Shown piece by piece: positions 37,011 to 50,044 of a stretch of 64,000 bases of DNA; position 1 is the stretch's first letter, and each line of letters opens with the position of its first letter. Both the position numbers and the translations under genes were made by a program. This DNA is from Geosiphon pyriformis uo1 (lineage: Eukaryota > Fungi > Glomeromycota): assembly GCA_016748015.1 (NCBI GenBank), contig JAAOMT010000664.1, forward strand, positions 690,715 through 754,714, read 5' to 3'. The notes under the pieces are model-generated. The model made no database searches, had not been told where the DNA came from, and saw only the letters and a list, made by a program, of their open reading frames with translations.

Positions 37011-37250
37011 TGGGGAATTTTAAAATGGAAATATTTTTAATCTCATTATCAATCTCCAAAAAAAAAAAAACGAGAACATTCCACCGGATTAAAATAATAG
37101 AAATAATCGTATTATATTAGAATTGTAGATATATCCAAAATTGAAGAATAAAGTCTCATTTTGAAAATATAAATTAATTTATGAAACAAAAGTCCTTTCA
37201 ATAGTTTACAAATCTAATCTAAAGCATCTTGATAATTGAACATTAGGTTA

Positions 37251-38195
37251 TTACTGGGATGAATTAAATATCCCTTTTGGTAATTTGGAATCAAACCAAT
37301 TTGGCGATTCAAGGCCAAGAGCGGTCAAAATAATAGAGGCTGTATCCATATTCGTTACGTCGCCTTCGATGATAGTATTTGGTTCGATCTTAGAGCCACG
37401 CAAAGCTAAAAACACGGTAGATTCTTCTTTAGAATCACCACCATGCCCTTTATTAATCCCCCCGTGATCAGTAGTCATAATAACCAATGAATCATCCTTC
37501 CAATTCGCTTCATCAACCGCATTCAAAATTTCGCTTATATGCCTGTCCATCTTTTCCAGTGCCAGCATATAATTATTTCCACCCCAGCCATGCCCATGAC
37601 CATGTTCATCGACATCGACTAAATGAATCATAACCAGCTTCACATCATCATTTCTCTTATCTTTAATGTACTTGCAAGCCTCGCTAACCACGTAGCTATC
37701 ATACGCAGAATTTCCGAACCAACGATGTTTGATCCAGAGCCACCAACGTACAAACGCATTTTCGTGTGTGTCTGGAGCATATCGATCCATTGGGATCGAA
37801 ATTTCGATGATCCCCGTGTTGACGGGTGCCCAGGCCGCGAATGACGCCAATTTCGCTTGGCTCTCTCTTTTATAGTTTTCTTGGTGCAATAATTTGAAAA
37901 CACTCGGGAGTCCCTTTGTTTCATCATATGCCTTTCCCGAGTTTACAATGTCATTTGTCAAACCATGTTTCTCTGGAACAACACCATGAAGGATCGACCC
38001 CCAGTTTTCGGCACTGTTTGTAGGTCGTTGTGCAGAGACTTGCAAAGTGCTAGCCCCGCTTTCAAAAAACTTGTTAAAATTTGGAACTTTAGTGCTGTTC
38101 TTGAAGTAGGTGCCTAAACCGTCAAGTCCAAGAAGTATGACACGCTTGTAACGAGCTTCTTTATTAGTAAGTAAATCGTTGGTGATATGAATCAT
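37251..38195 (-). CDS. Alkaline-phosphatase superfamily enzyme (type I phosphodiesterase/nucleotide pyrophosphatase-like), intronless
   Basis: VILLGLDGLG, PTNSAENWGSILHG (nucleophile region), DVDEHGH and TTDHGG metal ligands. Confidence 0.92.
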   Translation of the reverse strand: MIHITNDLLTNKEARYKRVILLGLDGLGTYFKNSTKVPNFNKFFESGASTLQVSAQRPTNSAENWGSILHGVVPEKHGLTNDIVNSGKAYDETKGLPSVFKLLHQENYKRESQAKLASFAAWAPVNTGIIEISIPMDRYAPDTHENAFVRWWLWIKHRWFGNSAYDSYVVSEACKYIKDKRNDDVKLVMIHLVDVDEHGHGHGWGGNNYMLALEKMDRHISEILNAVDEANWKDDSLVIMTTDHGGINKGHGGDSKEESTVFLALRGSKIEPNTIIEGDVTNMDTASIILTALGLESPNWFDSKLPKGIFNSSQ

Positions 38196-39118
38196 TTAAA
38201 TTACTTTTGTGGGTTGAATGGGAAATTGTATTCTTGTTAGACCATGTCTTTTTGAGATCATCGAAATTTGAAATTAGGTATTCGTACCATTGCCGAATCT
38301 GAAAATGGAATCCAGTCAACGCAAATATTTATTATTTGGGCACTATTATTATTTCAAGGCATCTCATCTGCCCCTTTAAAATTTAAGGTTGAAACTAGGC
38401 TCAAATGATTGACAAAACAGTGTGATGGACCCTAAACATGAAGATATTTATGCAACTGCCAAATAATCACATTGATCTTAACTTTTTGAAAACAGGATGT
38501 TGACATGTCATATTTTCATTGAAGCGAGGTCGATTCAAAGGAAATCGCCCTCATATTATAGGACAACTTATCATTTTCATATCTTGATTCAGTTGATTCG
38601 CACAAAAGAATCGGAATAATGTTCTCAATGGTTTTTAGGAGCCTAAAATAAAAGTTCACGTAATCAATTAATATTAAAACTTGTAGTAGTCTCAATTACT
38701 GATCCTCCATTGAAACCAATAACAAACCCAAAAAGAAGTATCCCATTAAGATCTCGAGTATCTTCATTGCTTTGATATCGTCTGAAATGGATAACCTCTT
38801 TGACTTTGCGACAATTAGCAGGTGTTGAACTTTACAATTCATATTCTGATAGATTTCACAAAGGTTCCTTTAATTTACCCTGGCGGGAAGAGCCGTAGAT
38901 CAAACGTCTCCCTTTTAGATTATTTCAAGTTTTTTTGCTCGAGATAATTTTCTGTAATTAGTTTATACCACAAATTTAAGGAATTCAAAGTATTTGCAGA
39001 ATTGAAGAATGCATAATGGTAATTTAAGGATATTTCCTTCGCATAATATGGGGTTTCATACTAGTTTCAAGTTGCCCACTATGTTGCACGCTTAATCACT
39101 AGATTCAGTGGGGTTTCT

Positions 39119-40832
39119 TCAATTCCAATCTTCTGTGACATGCTTTTCCGGTTTTCCCTGACTATTATCCTTTTTTCGCTTGAAAATTTTCTGAGATTTA
39201 TTTCTCGTTCCCGAACTCCAGACGCGACCGAAATTCGGAAGCCATTCTTTATCAGTCGCCCCATCAACTATCACGATAAAAACGCCAAAGAGAGAATGAG
39301 AATAAAACAAATTTAAACAACTTAACAAAAAGCAACCACTTCAATAAACCTCTAGAAAAGTTGGCTCCAATACGATTTGGATTTAGTTTCAATTTCTTCT
39401 CAGCCTTCTTGGATTTTAAAAAGGCATCCAATGAGGGGCCAATCTCAAAAGAAGTATTTTTCGATGATGATCCTGGATCATGCTTCAAATCCCGAAACCA
39501 AGGAGGGACTACAAATTAACATTTAACAATTTAAATATCAGATCATAATTATATGTAAAAAGCCGTTTGCTCTTACTGCTTCCTTCCATAAATACATTTC
39601 CTTCGCCGATATCCAAAGTAGGTACAGGAATACGAGTTAAATCTGTTTTCTCATTGAGTCAGTGGACAAGAATTATATTCTGTGCAAATGGAGATTATAA
39701 ATGAATCACTAACTTGCGAAAAAGGGTTCAGTCACTTTGAATCTTTTTGGTCGTGGTTCAATCATATCATCATCATCAGTATTCCCAATAAGATTTTGAA
39801 AGTTTTTATAGGATTTCCCAGTGGAATTCGTTTTTGTTTCAGCATTATTAATTGGGAAAATTAATTTAGATTGAATTGAGGAAATTGGATCCACAATTTT
39901 CGGACTAATCTCAAAATTTTGCCATCCAGTGTGATATGGAAAAAGCTCATTATTAGTTTGGCTCGATTCATTGCCTAATTAAATAGAGCATTTAAAATAA
40001 TCATTTAATAAAAATATTAAAAAGAAATCGATTAACGCTTTTCGTAAATACAATACCATTCTGATTAATCGTATCCGTAATTACACGAGGATTTAGGCTA
40101 TCATCTATCTTTCGCTTTATTGGCGATCTCGGGATTTTTTCTTTTTCCTGCTGCGCGAATTCTCTTTCTTTTTCTACAACTCGTCTTATGAACTGAGGCA
40201 ACAAACGATAAAGGGAAATTTAATAAAGCTTTCATAGCGTTTGAGAATTGAAATATGAATCTTTGAAAACCTCGGCCATATCAGCCTTTTTAACAATAAA
40301 TTCTCCGATTAATTTTCGATCCGCATTATATGTCTTAAACCATTCACCAACTTTTGAATGGTGTTGCTTTGTCACCAAATGATTGAAAATATGTGCACTT
40401 TTTAGAGGCAAGTCCCATACTTAAGTTATTCAAATCAAGAAATTCAAATATTGAAATAAGAGGAGCATAAAAAAAGTTTAGAGGTGCGTACCATACAAAT
40501 TGTCGTTCTTCTATCTCTCCTAACTTGGAAGCGGAGGCAGGAAGTTTGAGTCTCACCTCATAATCACAAAACAAGCAAGTAAAATCGGGTTGTTTATTGA
40601 TATCTTGTACAGTTGTAACATCTTTTAAAAATGTTTTGTATTTTCGATAGTTCTAATTTTTAAAGAGGTTTTTAGTGTAAGAAAAGCCGTGAAGTGAGTG
40701 AGATATCTTTGTGGCTACCTTCTGCTCCAAGCCCAAAACCTTTTTCAACTGTTCCTGGTGAATTTTTGTATACAAATGGCGTTTTCCCTCGTTGTTGTTC
40801 CGTTTACATACTTGGCAGAAAGAGTAAACCAT
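39119..40832 (-). CDS. CENATAC: CENATAC/CCDC84 homolog, minor-spliceosome-associated zinc-finger protein (about 8 exons)
   Basis: ZnF1 FCQVCKRNNNEGKRHLYTKIHQEQL. ZnF2 CLFCDYEV..HLVTKQH. C-terminal motifs GNVFMEG..PPWF, IGPSLDAFLK, LNPNRIGANF, WLPNFGRVWSSGTR, recognised as the CCDC84 signature. Confidence 0.92.
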
Positions 40833-42179
40833 TTTGGTCTATCAACCCAGTTCCTGGATAATGCCTATAATTAAAAATACTACGAGTTCATATCTAAATT
40901 GTAACAATAAATTCACTCTCCTCCTCCTTTTTTGCACACGCTTCCCTTTTTCCCTAACTAACGTCTCAAAATGCAGCCATCACCACCCCCGCTACCAAGA
41001 AAGATTACCTCTATGTCCGTCTCGATTTCCAACCTACAAACTTCTTAGTAATATCGGCTCAGGCGTCAACTTGAAACGATCGACTGGAACGGGCAAGTCT
41101 CAGAAGTTATGATTATCTATCACAACTGTCCCTGCCGCTTTGCCTTCAATCTCCTTCCATTCTGCAAAACTCGTAGTTCTCTTCAACGATGAAACCTCCG
41201 ACGAGCACGAACTTTCCAAAAGATTCTTGCCATTAACACTATCTTCGTCTGCAGAACGCAAGGGAGGCAAGCAGCTAAATATAGAGGACCAGAAGCAAAA
41301 AGCGCAAGACAACCAGGACAACGGTGGCACGCAACAAGCAACGACACTCAGGAAAAACTTTCAACCGCACATTGCTGGTCAAGGTGTATCCTACCCCCGC
41401 CCTCTTGAAGCGATGGAGGGGCTTGGAGAGATTTGCCTTTAATACCGTAGTGGGGTGGAGCAAAAGCGTTGTGTTTTGCTGAAGTAAAGTGGCATTACGG
41501 AAAAGAAATGGCTACAGCCTATGACGGTTCAACAAAAACGTCTTTTTCGGCTATCTGGCGCTAACGAAAGTTTTGTTCGTCTCGGCATGCTCTTATGAGG
41601 TTGCTTAGGTTCGACTCCCGCTAATATCACTGATGAAGCCATTTATCAAGCGCTGACAGCACGAGACGAAATTATTAAACGTAATACACAGTTACAACAA
41701 GGGGCGCCAACACACCATCTTTCTTTCCTGTCACGTAACCCATTGCATCAATTATTACTATTCGCGCTCTCCAAAAAATGTTCTGCTGGGGATATTACCG
41801 TTTCCGTCAATGTCTGCGGAAGAGCTAGGAGTCCGTGTTATCATCTAAAATGAGGATTTTACATCCAAGACTTGTAGCTGGGGTGTTAAGATAAAAAGCA
41901 TCAGAGGGTCTGAAGTATACAACTGCCGGAATTACGTGGCTGTAATGGACAGAGATGAAAATGGCGTTCGGGGATCCTCTTCCAGGCATTGCTTGATTAT
42001 CTTCTGAGGGTCATGCAGGAAGTAGCAATGCTCTGTACTATTTACTATTTGATGTTTTTGGGCAGTCTGAAAAATTATGAATTTAAATCTGAAATGTATA
42101 AAACTAAATAAGTTTCATATTCCAATTTAAATTTATGAAAAATTTAACTGAACTGATAAAATAATTGATTGCATTGGAA

Positions 42180-42900
42180 TTTGTTGTTAAGTCCTAAATA
42201 CATAAAATAAAAATATAGCAAACATCACAAATAGCTGGTTTTTGAAGAAAAAATAATTTAAATTAATTATAATTATATAAAATCAAATTTAACTTTAAAA
42301 AATAACTGAATAATAAAATTTTGATTTTCATATAATTAAATATAATTGATAATATTTATAAATAATTGTAAATTTATTAATTTCAATAATAATACATTAT
42401 TATTGATCTTATTTAATTATATTAGCCATTTTATTAATTACATACATATTTTAATATTTTATATTTAATTAATTAGTTTCTTCAGACTATTTATTACTTA
42501 ATTATTAATTTTTTATAGATGTGGATTATGCGTTTTAAACACGTGACCAGCTACGTTAAGACACCATTATTCTAAGCCAATCATTGTAAAATAATTTATT
42601 TTATTATTAAATATACATTGCTTGTTATTATTTTTATATAACTATTTTTTTATTTCAAATAATATGTAACTTTTCATATTTTAAACTGATTTTTTAATAT
42701 TCTTATCTTAAAATTTTTGTTACAATAATATATTTAATATTTATTAAATAATTGTGTTTTTTAAATTTAAAATGTATTTTTATAAATATTATAATTAAAA
42801 ATATTTATATTTTAAAATATATTATATATTTATATTTGTTGAAATATTATAATTTTTTAATATAATCGTAATAATACAAAATGGTTTCAAAAAGAGAAAT
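42180..42900. repeat. AT-rich island containing a remnant homologous to the LINE 2 3' end (42484-42551, minus)
   Basis: 30/36 identity between the reverse complement of 42516-42551 and 25878-25913, with weaker similarity extending ~30 bp further. Confidence 0.65.
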
Positions 42901-43255
42901 AATAAATTATAAAAGTAATGAATCAATGACCCTATAATGAAAACCTGTTTAAAAATTTTAGTTTGGATAATTCAAAAGAAAATTTGAACTTGTCACTCTC
43001 GGATACTTTCTACAATTTTCTAACTCTTTTCTTTTTATCATTTAATGAGTGGAGAACACCAAATTTGAAACGATATCTGTATTAATTACATGCGTGTGAG
43101 CGATATGGGTAGGTAGTTTTAACAGGATACTTAATAGGAGTAAAATAATGATTATTGAAGAATTTTAACTTACATTTTTTAATGAAAAAACAGCGCAATG
43201 ACGGGCACCTAATTTAAATATTAGGTGAAATATTAGGGGCTCTAAAATCAGTTTC

Positions 43256-44576
43256 CTAGGCAGCATAACGATTGAAAGTTCCTTTGACTAAATAACTTTC
43301 GCTAATAGAGGTATCACTTTGCTTTTTATAAATCGATTGTATGGCCTTCGATCTTTTCAAATTTGTGGTGCTGCTGTCCAAATTTCCATGGATATTTCTA
43401 TTGACCGATGTAATGGAATTTGAGCTTCCGCCTCCCACTTTTAACTCTATGGCTGCTCTTTTCGAAAGCCCTGCACCAGGAACATCATTATTGTTGAGCT
43501 TGCGTTTATTTCCTTTTATATCTTTGTCATTCGTTTGCAAAGTTGAGGCGGTAATTAAAGTAGACTTGGCTTTCTCTTCCTGCTCTCCCATCTTTAACTT
43601 CTTTTTGTCTTTCTTTCCTTTGGCCTTCACCTTTTTCTCTACTAACGCTGTCCTCAACTTTTCTTGTTCCTCAGAAGCTGGATTAATTATGACAACGTTA
43701 TCTGGGCCATAAGGTTTTGCACACTAAAAATTGGTCAGTCAGGTCAATATTTTTGAGATAAAAGTGATAAGCAGTTAGCTACCTGAAGGCATTGGTTACT
43801 GGGAACTTCTTTTAATCCTTGCTCTGAAAAAACGCATCCACAAGTGTCCAAATATATAAATTTTAATTTCCCACTCATTTCCTTCATCGTTATAGGACAA
43901 ATAAATCGAGAAACCATTCCAGGATCAAAATGCGTAATGGTGGAGTTTGAGCTTTCCTTGAAAGCAGGATTAATGGTAAGGTTTAAGGTTTTCACGTCCT
44001 ATGGAATGTACCAAAGATATTAGTACAGTTATCTAATTATGGATGTTTTCAACAACCCGTCTTGCCGAATATATGGGAAATCTAAACAAGGTTCAATGGT
44101 TTGAATAGTTTCCAAAAAAGAAGCAACCATTTTGAATCAGCCTCTTGCTAACAATAGGGTGAGCCAAGACAACTTATAGTCAGCAAGATGACGATGCAAA
44201 CAGTTGACTTATGTTTTCAGCAAAAGGCTTCTTAAAATAATCAAATAAACCTTACCTTTATACCGGAAATGTGAGAGCAAATTATGTCACCATCACCATA
44301 GGCACTTTTATTAAGCAAAAACTCTATTATCGCGTCTTTATTATATAGTCTCCCCAAAGGACACACAACAATCGGTTCCCTTAAAGCGCGCTAAAAAAAT
44401 TTCTGAATCAGCAAGAAAAAAATATAACTGTCATTTTATCCGATTTTTCATACCTTTGACAACGCACAAAAAAACCAAGTAGCTATTTTTAAAGCGTTTT
44501 GATCTGGTCTAACTTCCTTTTTTTTTTCCTTTACAAGTTCAATGCGTTTTGGAATTGAGCCGCCGTCGTTTCCCAT
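43256..44576 (-). CDS. RTF2: Replication termination factor 2 (4 exons)
   Basis: MGNDGGSIPKRIELVK, CALSK, LGRLYNKDAIIEFLL, FICPITMKEMSG, TCGCVFSE. Confidence 0.96.
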
Positions 44577-44813
44577 GACTGACTAGGGTAGTTCTTGATT
44601 TTTATGTAAAAGTTTTGAAGAAAGGAAATTTGACCTCAAGAGATTAAATATATTTCCTAAAATATTAATCACCAAAATTTAAAAGGTCACGAAGTGGGAC
44701 CAAAAATATTTCATCATTTTTATCAATTATCAACCTATTTAGTCATAATATTGGTTTCCCTCTACGACCAAGCTTTTTATTTTTTCATCAACTTCTATGT
44801 TACAGTTGATCAG

Positions 44814-46637
44814 ATGTCGAAATCTATTCTCAGGGGTGCTCTTGAGATTTTAGTCTCTAGCCACCAATTACAACTTGTGGCAACTGCTATCGGTGCCAGC
44901 CTTTTTACTGGACTCGCTCTGTCTTCCTATAATACCTTTCAAAGAAATCAGCGAACTATAGCCGCTAAAAGGGAGGCACCCGATGTCACGCAACCGACCG
45001 TTGTTTTCTCTAGGGATGTAAAAGATAGTACCCCGACTCACGAGGAATATGACGAGACACTTATCAAAGAACAGCTTGCGAGAAACATAGCATTTCTCGG
45101 TGAGGCTGGGGTTGAGAAGTTACGCTCGTCATTTGTGATCATCGTTGGAGCTGGTGGAGTCGGTTCTTGGGCAGCCCTAATGCTTGTACGCTCAGGTGTT
45201 GAACACATAAGGATTATTGATTTCGATCAAGTCACTCTAAGTAGCCTTAATAGACACGCAGTGGCCACTCATGAAGATGTCGGCACGCCAAAGGTGATCG
45301 CATTGAAAAGGAATTTTGAACAAATCGCACCCTGGGCAAAGATTGAACCTTTGACTGAATTGTTTAACAAAAATACTGCGCCTAAACTTTTAGCTGGTAA
45401 TCTGAATCATAGTCATTGGCTAGATTCTTCTAGTGAGTTCATTATTTATATAGCCTCATTTTTACTGTCATTGGGTCTCCTTAATTTCATAGATCAACCT
45501 GACTTCATTGTTGATGCCATTGATAACATCGATACAAAGCTTGCATTAATAAAGTACTGCCATGATAAAAATCTACGCGTAAATAAATTCATCCTTGTCT
45601 ATAACCTTTTAATTCTCTTTGAATAAATGACAACTGAAACATTAATTGAATAGATTATTAGTTCGATGGGGGCCGGGGCAAAAGCTGATCCTTCGCGAGT
45701 ACAATTAAGCGATATCAGTGAAACATTAGGTCTGATATGATCTTCATTTATCAAATTTTAAATTTTGCTATTTTTAAATGGCCAAATTTCAATTTCAATT
45801 ATTATCAGAGGATCCATTAGCAAGGGTGGTGAGAAGGCGTCTCCGTAAAATGAATGTTGAATCTGGCGTACCAGTAGTATACTCAATTGAAAAGCCAAAT
45901 ATCAAACTCTTGCCATTAGGTATTTTCGTGGCGTCGAGTTACATAGAAACTCTTCATCTTTCAGATATTACTAATTAGAATCGCATATGTCTCAGACGAA
46001 AGTCGGCTCGGCAACGCTGATGAGTATGCGACCTTACCAGATTTCCGTGCGAGAATTCTTCCAGTTCTGGGTATATTTGAAAGAACATTTTTTTGATTGC
46101 CTGTTCAAGGCTAATAAGATCAGATTTTAAATTTTTTTGTTACATTTAGGAACTATCCCGGCGATCTTTGGTATGTCGATTGCGGCCTACATAATTACTA
46201 CCTTGGCTGGTTATCCTATTCAACCACTTGCGTATAAAAATCGCGATGCATTATACTCGCGTATACATCGAGAGCTGCAAGTGAGAGAAAAAAAGTAAGT
46301 TAGGGTGGGCTTTTTCATACTGCAAGAATTAAATTTTAATCCAGTATATTATCCCTGCTTTAGCAATATTCCACTGGATAAACGTGACGTTGGATATGCT
46401 GTTGACGAGATTTGGCGAGGGCGAAGTGCAATTTCTGGAGCTTTGGATAAACTAACGCTTTTAAGATGGGATAAAGATCAGCAATTGAGCCTACAAAATT
46501 GTATTCTGATGACTAAAGAAGAAGCAGGGGCACACGAAGCAATAATAGGGAAACCGGAAGATTATTATCCGAAAGAAATTGTGGAATTGGTGCATGCCAG
46601 GTTCAAGGAGGAGAAGGATATATCAGTGTATAGATAA
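44814..46637 (+). CDS. tRNA threonylcarbamoyladenosine dehydratase, TCD1/TCD2-like ThiF/E1 family (multi-exon)
   Basis: N-terminal anchor. EQLARNIAFLGEAG, VGAGGVGSWAA, DFDQVTLSSLNRHAVA, DAIDNIDTK, SSMGAGAKADPSR, EDPLAR, RILPVLGTIPAIFG. Confidence 0.93.
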
Positions 46638-47371
46638 TTTCAATTTAAGAAATAATTGTGGATCAAAAATAACTCTTAGAAAAACGAGAAATTATTCAAT
46701 TATTAAACCAACTATCCCTCTATGAAGCTGCCACGCAAAACGCATAAAACAATCAAGGACGCTGGAATCTGTGAGCGTGATTATTGTGACAATTTAATTG
46801 TATGTTTATAGCAATATTCCATAATATTGATGCCTAACTTTTTTTCCAAAAAATGTGAAATACCAAATTTTTCCTAGTCGCTTGGATTTTTCCGGATTTT
46901 ATATTCAAAAAAGACATTATCATTAATGCCAATACACATTTTAAGACAAACTTTAGGTACTCTAAGAATAATATACTTAAATCTCTATTGTATTTATATA
47001 TGTAACTTGACAAAAAAAAGTTCAAAGTGTTTGTGATGCTAATAGGCTCTCCTGGCGATACATCAATTTAGATATAATTTCACTCGAAAAAAGTTCTATT
47101 GCCTTGAAGCTGGCTTGACAATCATTTTTTTCGCTGATGTTGGAGTATAATCCCGAACTTTTGGCGTTAAAAGCGTATTCAATAGATATCTAATTTAAAC
47201 TGAATGAACAAAAGCTTTAATCCAGCGAACCGAATACGAAAATTGAATCCAATGCCTCCCCCCAAATTCGTGGTTTTCCGTTAATTTTCACCGAGAATAC
47301 CGTACCCAAGAAACCGTTTTCTCTTGTATCAAGGACTCTTGGAATTTATAAATATGCCCTCAAGTACTAGT

Positions 47372-50044
47372 TCAGGAATCAACGATCCAAACCTTTCCGA
47401 AAAAAAGCAAAATATTGTTAATTTATCATTCGAATCAACAAAATCGAGATATGATGGCAACTAACCTCCAACCTGCCAATGTCATCCTTGACGTTCGCCA
47501 TACCCAAGGCCATTTCTAAATCTTCTTGATCAGTCATCATTACCATCTCACCATCTTCATCTTTGTATTTTAGACGAAAAGGTGATGATGATGGTCCAAA
47601 CTTTTCTTGAATTCTTTTGAGAAGTTCAGTAAAATTAATAGTTGATGGTACAAGAATGGCTCGAGTATCTTTGTAATAGCATTTTATTTTTATCTAAAGA
47701 ATGATATGCAGATGATTCAGAAAAAGGTCGAGAATAATAAAATATATATTTATTCGAAAAGATCACATCAAAATACCTTGGCCGGTAGTGTAAATGAAGA
47801 TTCGTTAAATGTTTGTTGGTCATTGAACTTTTGAGCTTGATCAGAAACCATCTCGAATTGTGCTTCAATCTCCTCTCCATACTGATAATCATTTTCTCCA
47901 CCGCTTCCACCACCTCCATGTTCTTCCTCGTAATCCTCCTCTGATTCTTTTCCAAATTTTAAATTAACATAACTAAAGAATTCTTGCTCTGAAGTTGGAG
48001 GTGATGGTGGAGTTAACAAACCAGATTGAGAATTTTCCCGAAGTGGAGATGGTTTGAAACTTGGTCCTTTTACTTGAGGGGGTGAATTTCGTCGCCTCAC
48101 ACTCTGTGATCTTAAGGGACTTTTAGTATTGGAACCGTTTCCATTTCCATTTCCATTTCCATTTCCATCTCCATTTAATGCTGATGAATGAAAATGTCTG
48201 TCTTCTCCGGTGTGGTATTCCTCATTTTTGGACGCATAATGATGGGCTTGATTATAGGCCCCATTAATATTAGAATACATAGATTCTGGTTCTTCATGGT
48301 ATTGAATGTAAATATTGTTGTTAGGTTCATCAGAAAGAGTCATTTTTGCCATGCCTGATTGTATTTGTTGAGCTTGAATCTGTTTTTGCAAGAATTGTGT
48401 ACGAATAAGAGTACCTTGCCGTTGTGGAGATTGAGTTTTTTCTCTGGATGGGCTGCGTTGTGTATTTCTCAAGGAATATTGTCTTTGGGGGATGTTATGG
48501 GTTTCTTTGTTATTGCTCGAGATATTCTTCATGGAACTTTGTCGTTGCGGTCCGGGGGGTAATTTTGGTGAAGGGCGTCCACTATCAATAGTATTTGAGC
48601 GGTGATGTATTCTCAAATCTATGGGTTTTCTCAGTGATCCAAATCTGGATAATAGAGCACTACCATTTGTATTAGAATCCGAAGAAGTGGGCAACCTTTC
48701 GGGATATGTTTGTTGGGAATTAGTTTCATCATTTCCAAAATTCGGATGCGTTGGTTTTGAAGGAGAATTTTTTCGGCTAATATTCCTTCTTAAACTAAGA
48801 TTTCTCCCACGAACTGGGAAAGGAGGTTGTTTGGGATTCGAGGATAATGATCTTGGACGTAATGTAGGTGATGGAGGTCTCAATCCTATTTTATCCACTT
48901 TTCCATCGGTTTTATCTTTTTTAACGGGATTTGTTGTGGTTAATTCTGCATTTTGCTTCTTCTGCGCACCTGTAAAACCGACAAATGCATCCTCCGGATC
49001 AACCGCAGCAACTAATTTAGCCTTTCCTAGATAGTCTTTGGTTTTCGCATTTTTCAATTTCCCTTCGGCAGGTCGGTATATAACACCAACAGGGATCGAA
49101 AAAACAGTAAATCCCTAAATATTCATCATATAAATTATTAGTACTAATGTTTGTTTGCTATTTTGATAAATATTGAAATTATATTTCGATTAGCTTACTT
49201 GACCCTGAATACCAATAGCTTCATTGATGACTTCATGTTCTTCAGTTTGTTTCTCTTTAAGGCTGGCAGCCAAATCATTCATTCCTTTTTCCGTTTGTCC
49301 AAGGTATAAATAGCAAAGGCCACGATTAAATAAAACCTCACAGGAATATAGACGAAATTTGAGCCCAAGCTGTCCATAGTCAATCAACATATTTCCACGC
49401 AAATACTAGGATAAAAAAATGATTAGGGAGCTGTTAGAGAAATAGGCTTAGATTGGAAAAATTAAAAATATCTCTTACCAATAAGGAATTATTAAAACAG
49501 CTAAGAGCAGCGTCAAATTGTAATAATAAAAAATGAGAGACACCCTTTTGAAAATAAGCAGCCGCGAAATAAGTATCGGCATTTGTAGCCTCCTTATAGC
49601 ATATACACTATTGATTAATGAGAATTAGAAGTTATTCGGGGATATCATAGATAACGAAAAAATGAAAAAAATCGATTAAAAAAGTATAATAATTACAGCT
49701 TGCTCGTGTTCACCAAGGGTAGCATAAATCAATCCCATATTAAAATGAAATTTAGCCGAATCCGCAATGGTCTATTGAATAGATGTTTTACATTAATCAA
49801 GTCAATAAGTAAAGAAAACTAATGATTCTTAAACTCAAGAATATTTTGTTGATGAGGTAGCTACCTCAAATATTTTCAAAGCCTTTTCAAAATCTTGTTC
49901 ATCATAAGCCGCCACCGCTTCTCCCCATTGTTCGAGTTCATACTGAGAAATAAAAGAAAGGGAAAGAAAATATATTTTTTTTTAATAAAAATTTAAGAGA
50001 TAAAGGAAGAAAAGAATTGGTTGAACAACAACCTTTAAAGCCAT
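47372..50044 (-). CDS. noxR: NADPH oxidase regulator NoxR (p67phox-like TPR, activation domain, C-terminal PB1; multi-exon)
   Basis: ELEQWGEAVAAYDEQDFEKAL, YLRGNMLIDYGQLGLKFRLYSCEVLFNRGL, FSIPVGVIYRP..KTKDYLGKAKLVA. PB1 IKCYYKDTRAI..LKYKDEDGEMVMMTDQEDLEMA. Confidence 0.94.

Noticed and set aside
40948-41530. Telomerase RNA, RNase P/MRP or selenoprotein interpretation of the GC-rich island
   Set aside because: CCCTAACTAAC is not a 1.5x TTAGGG template. No convincing P4 motifs. No SECIS-like stem found after the in-frame TGA.
41590-41630. GGTTCGACTCC resembling a tRNA T-loop/B-box
   Set aside because: The T-stem does not pair, and no acceptor, D or anticodon arms can be formed.
43999-44256. 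Unusually long RTF2 intron as a snoRNA host
   Set aside because: No clear C/D or H/ACA box arrangement seen.
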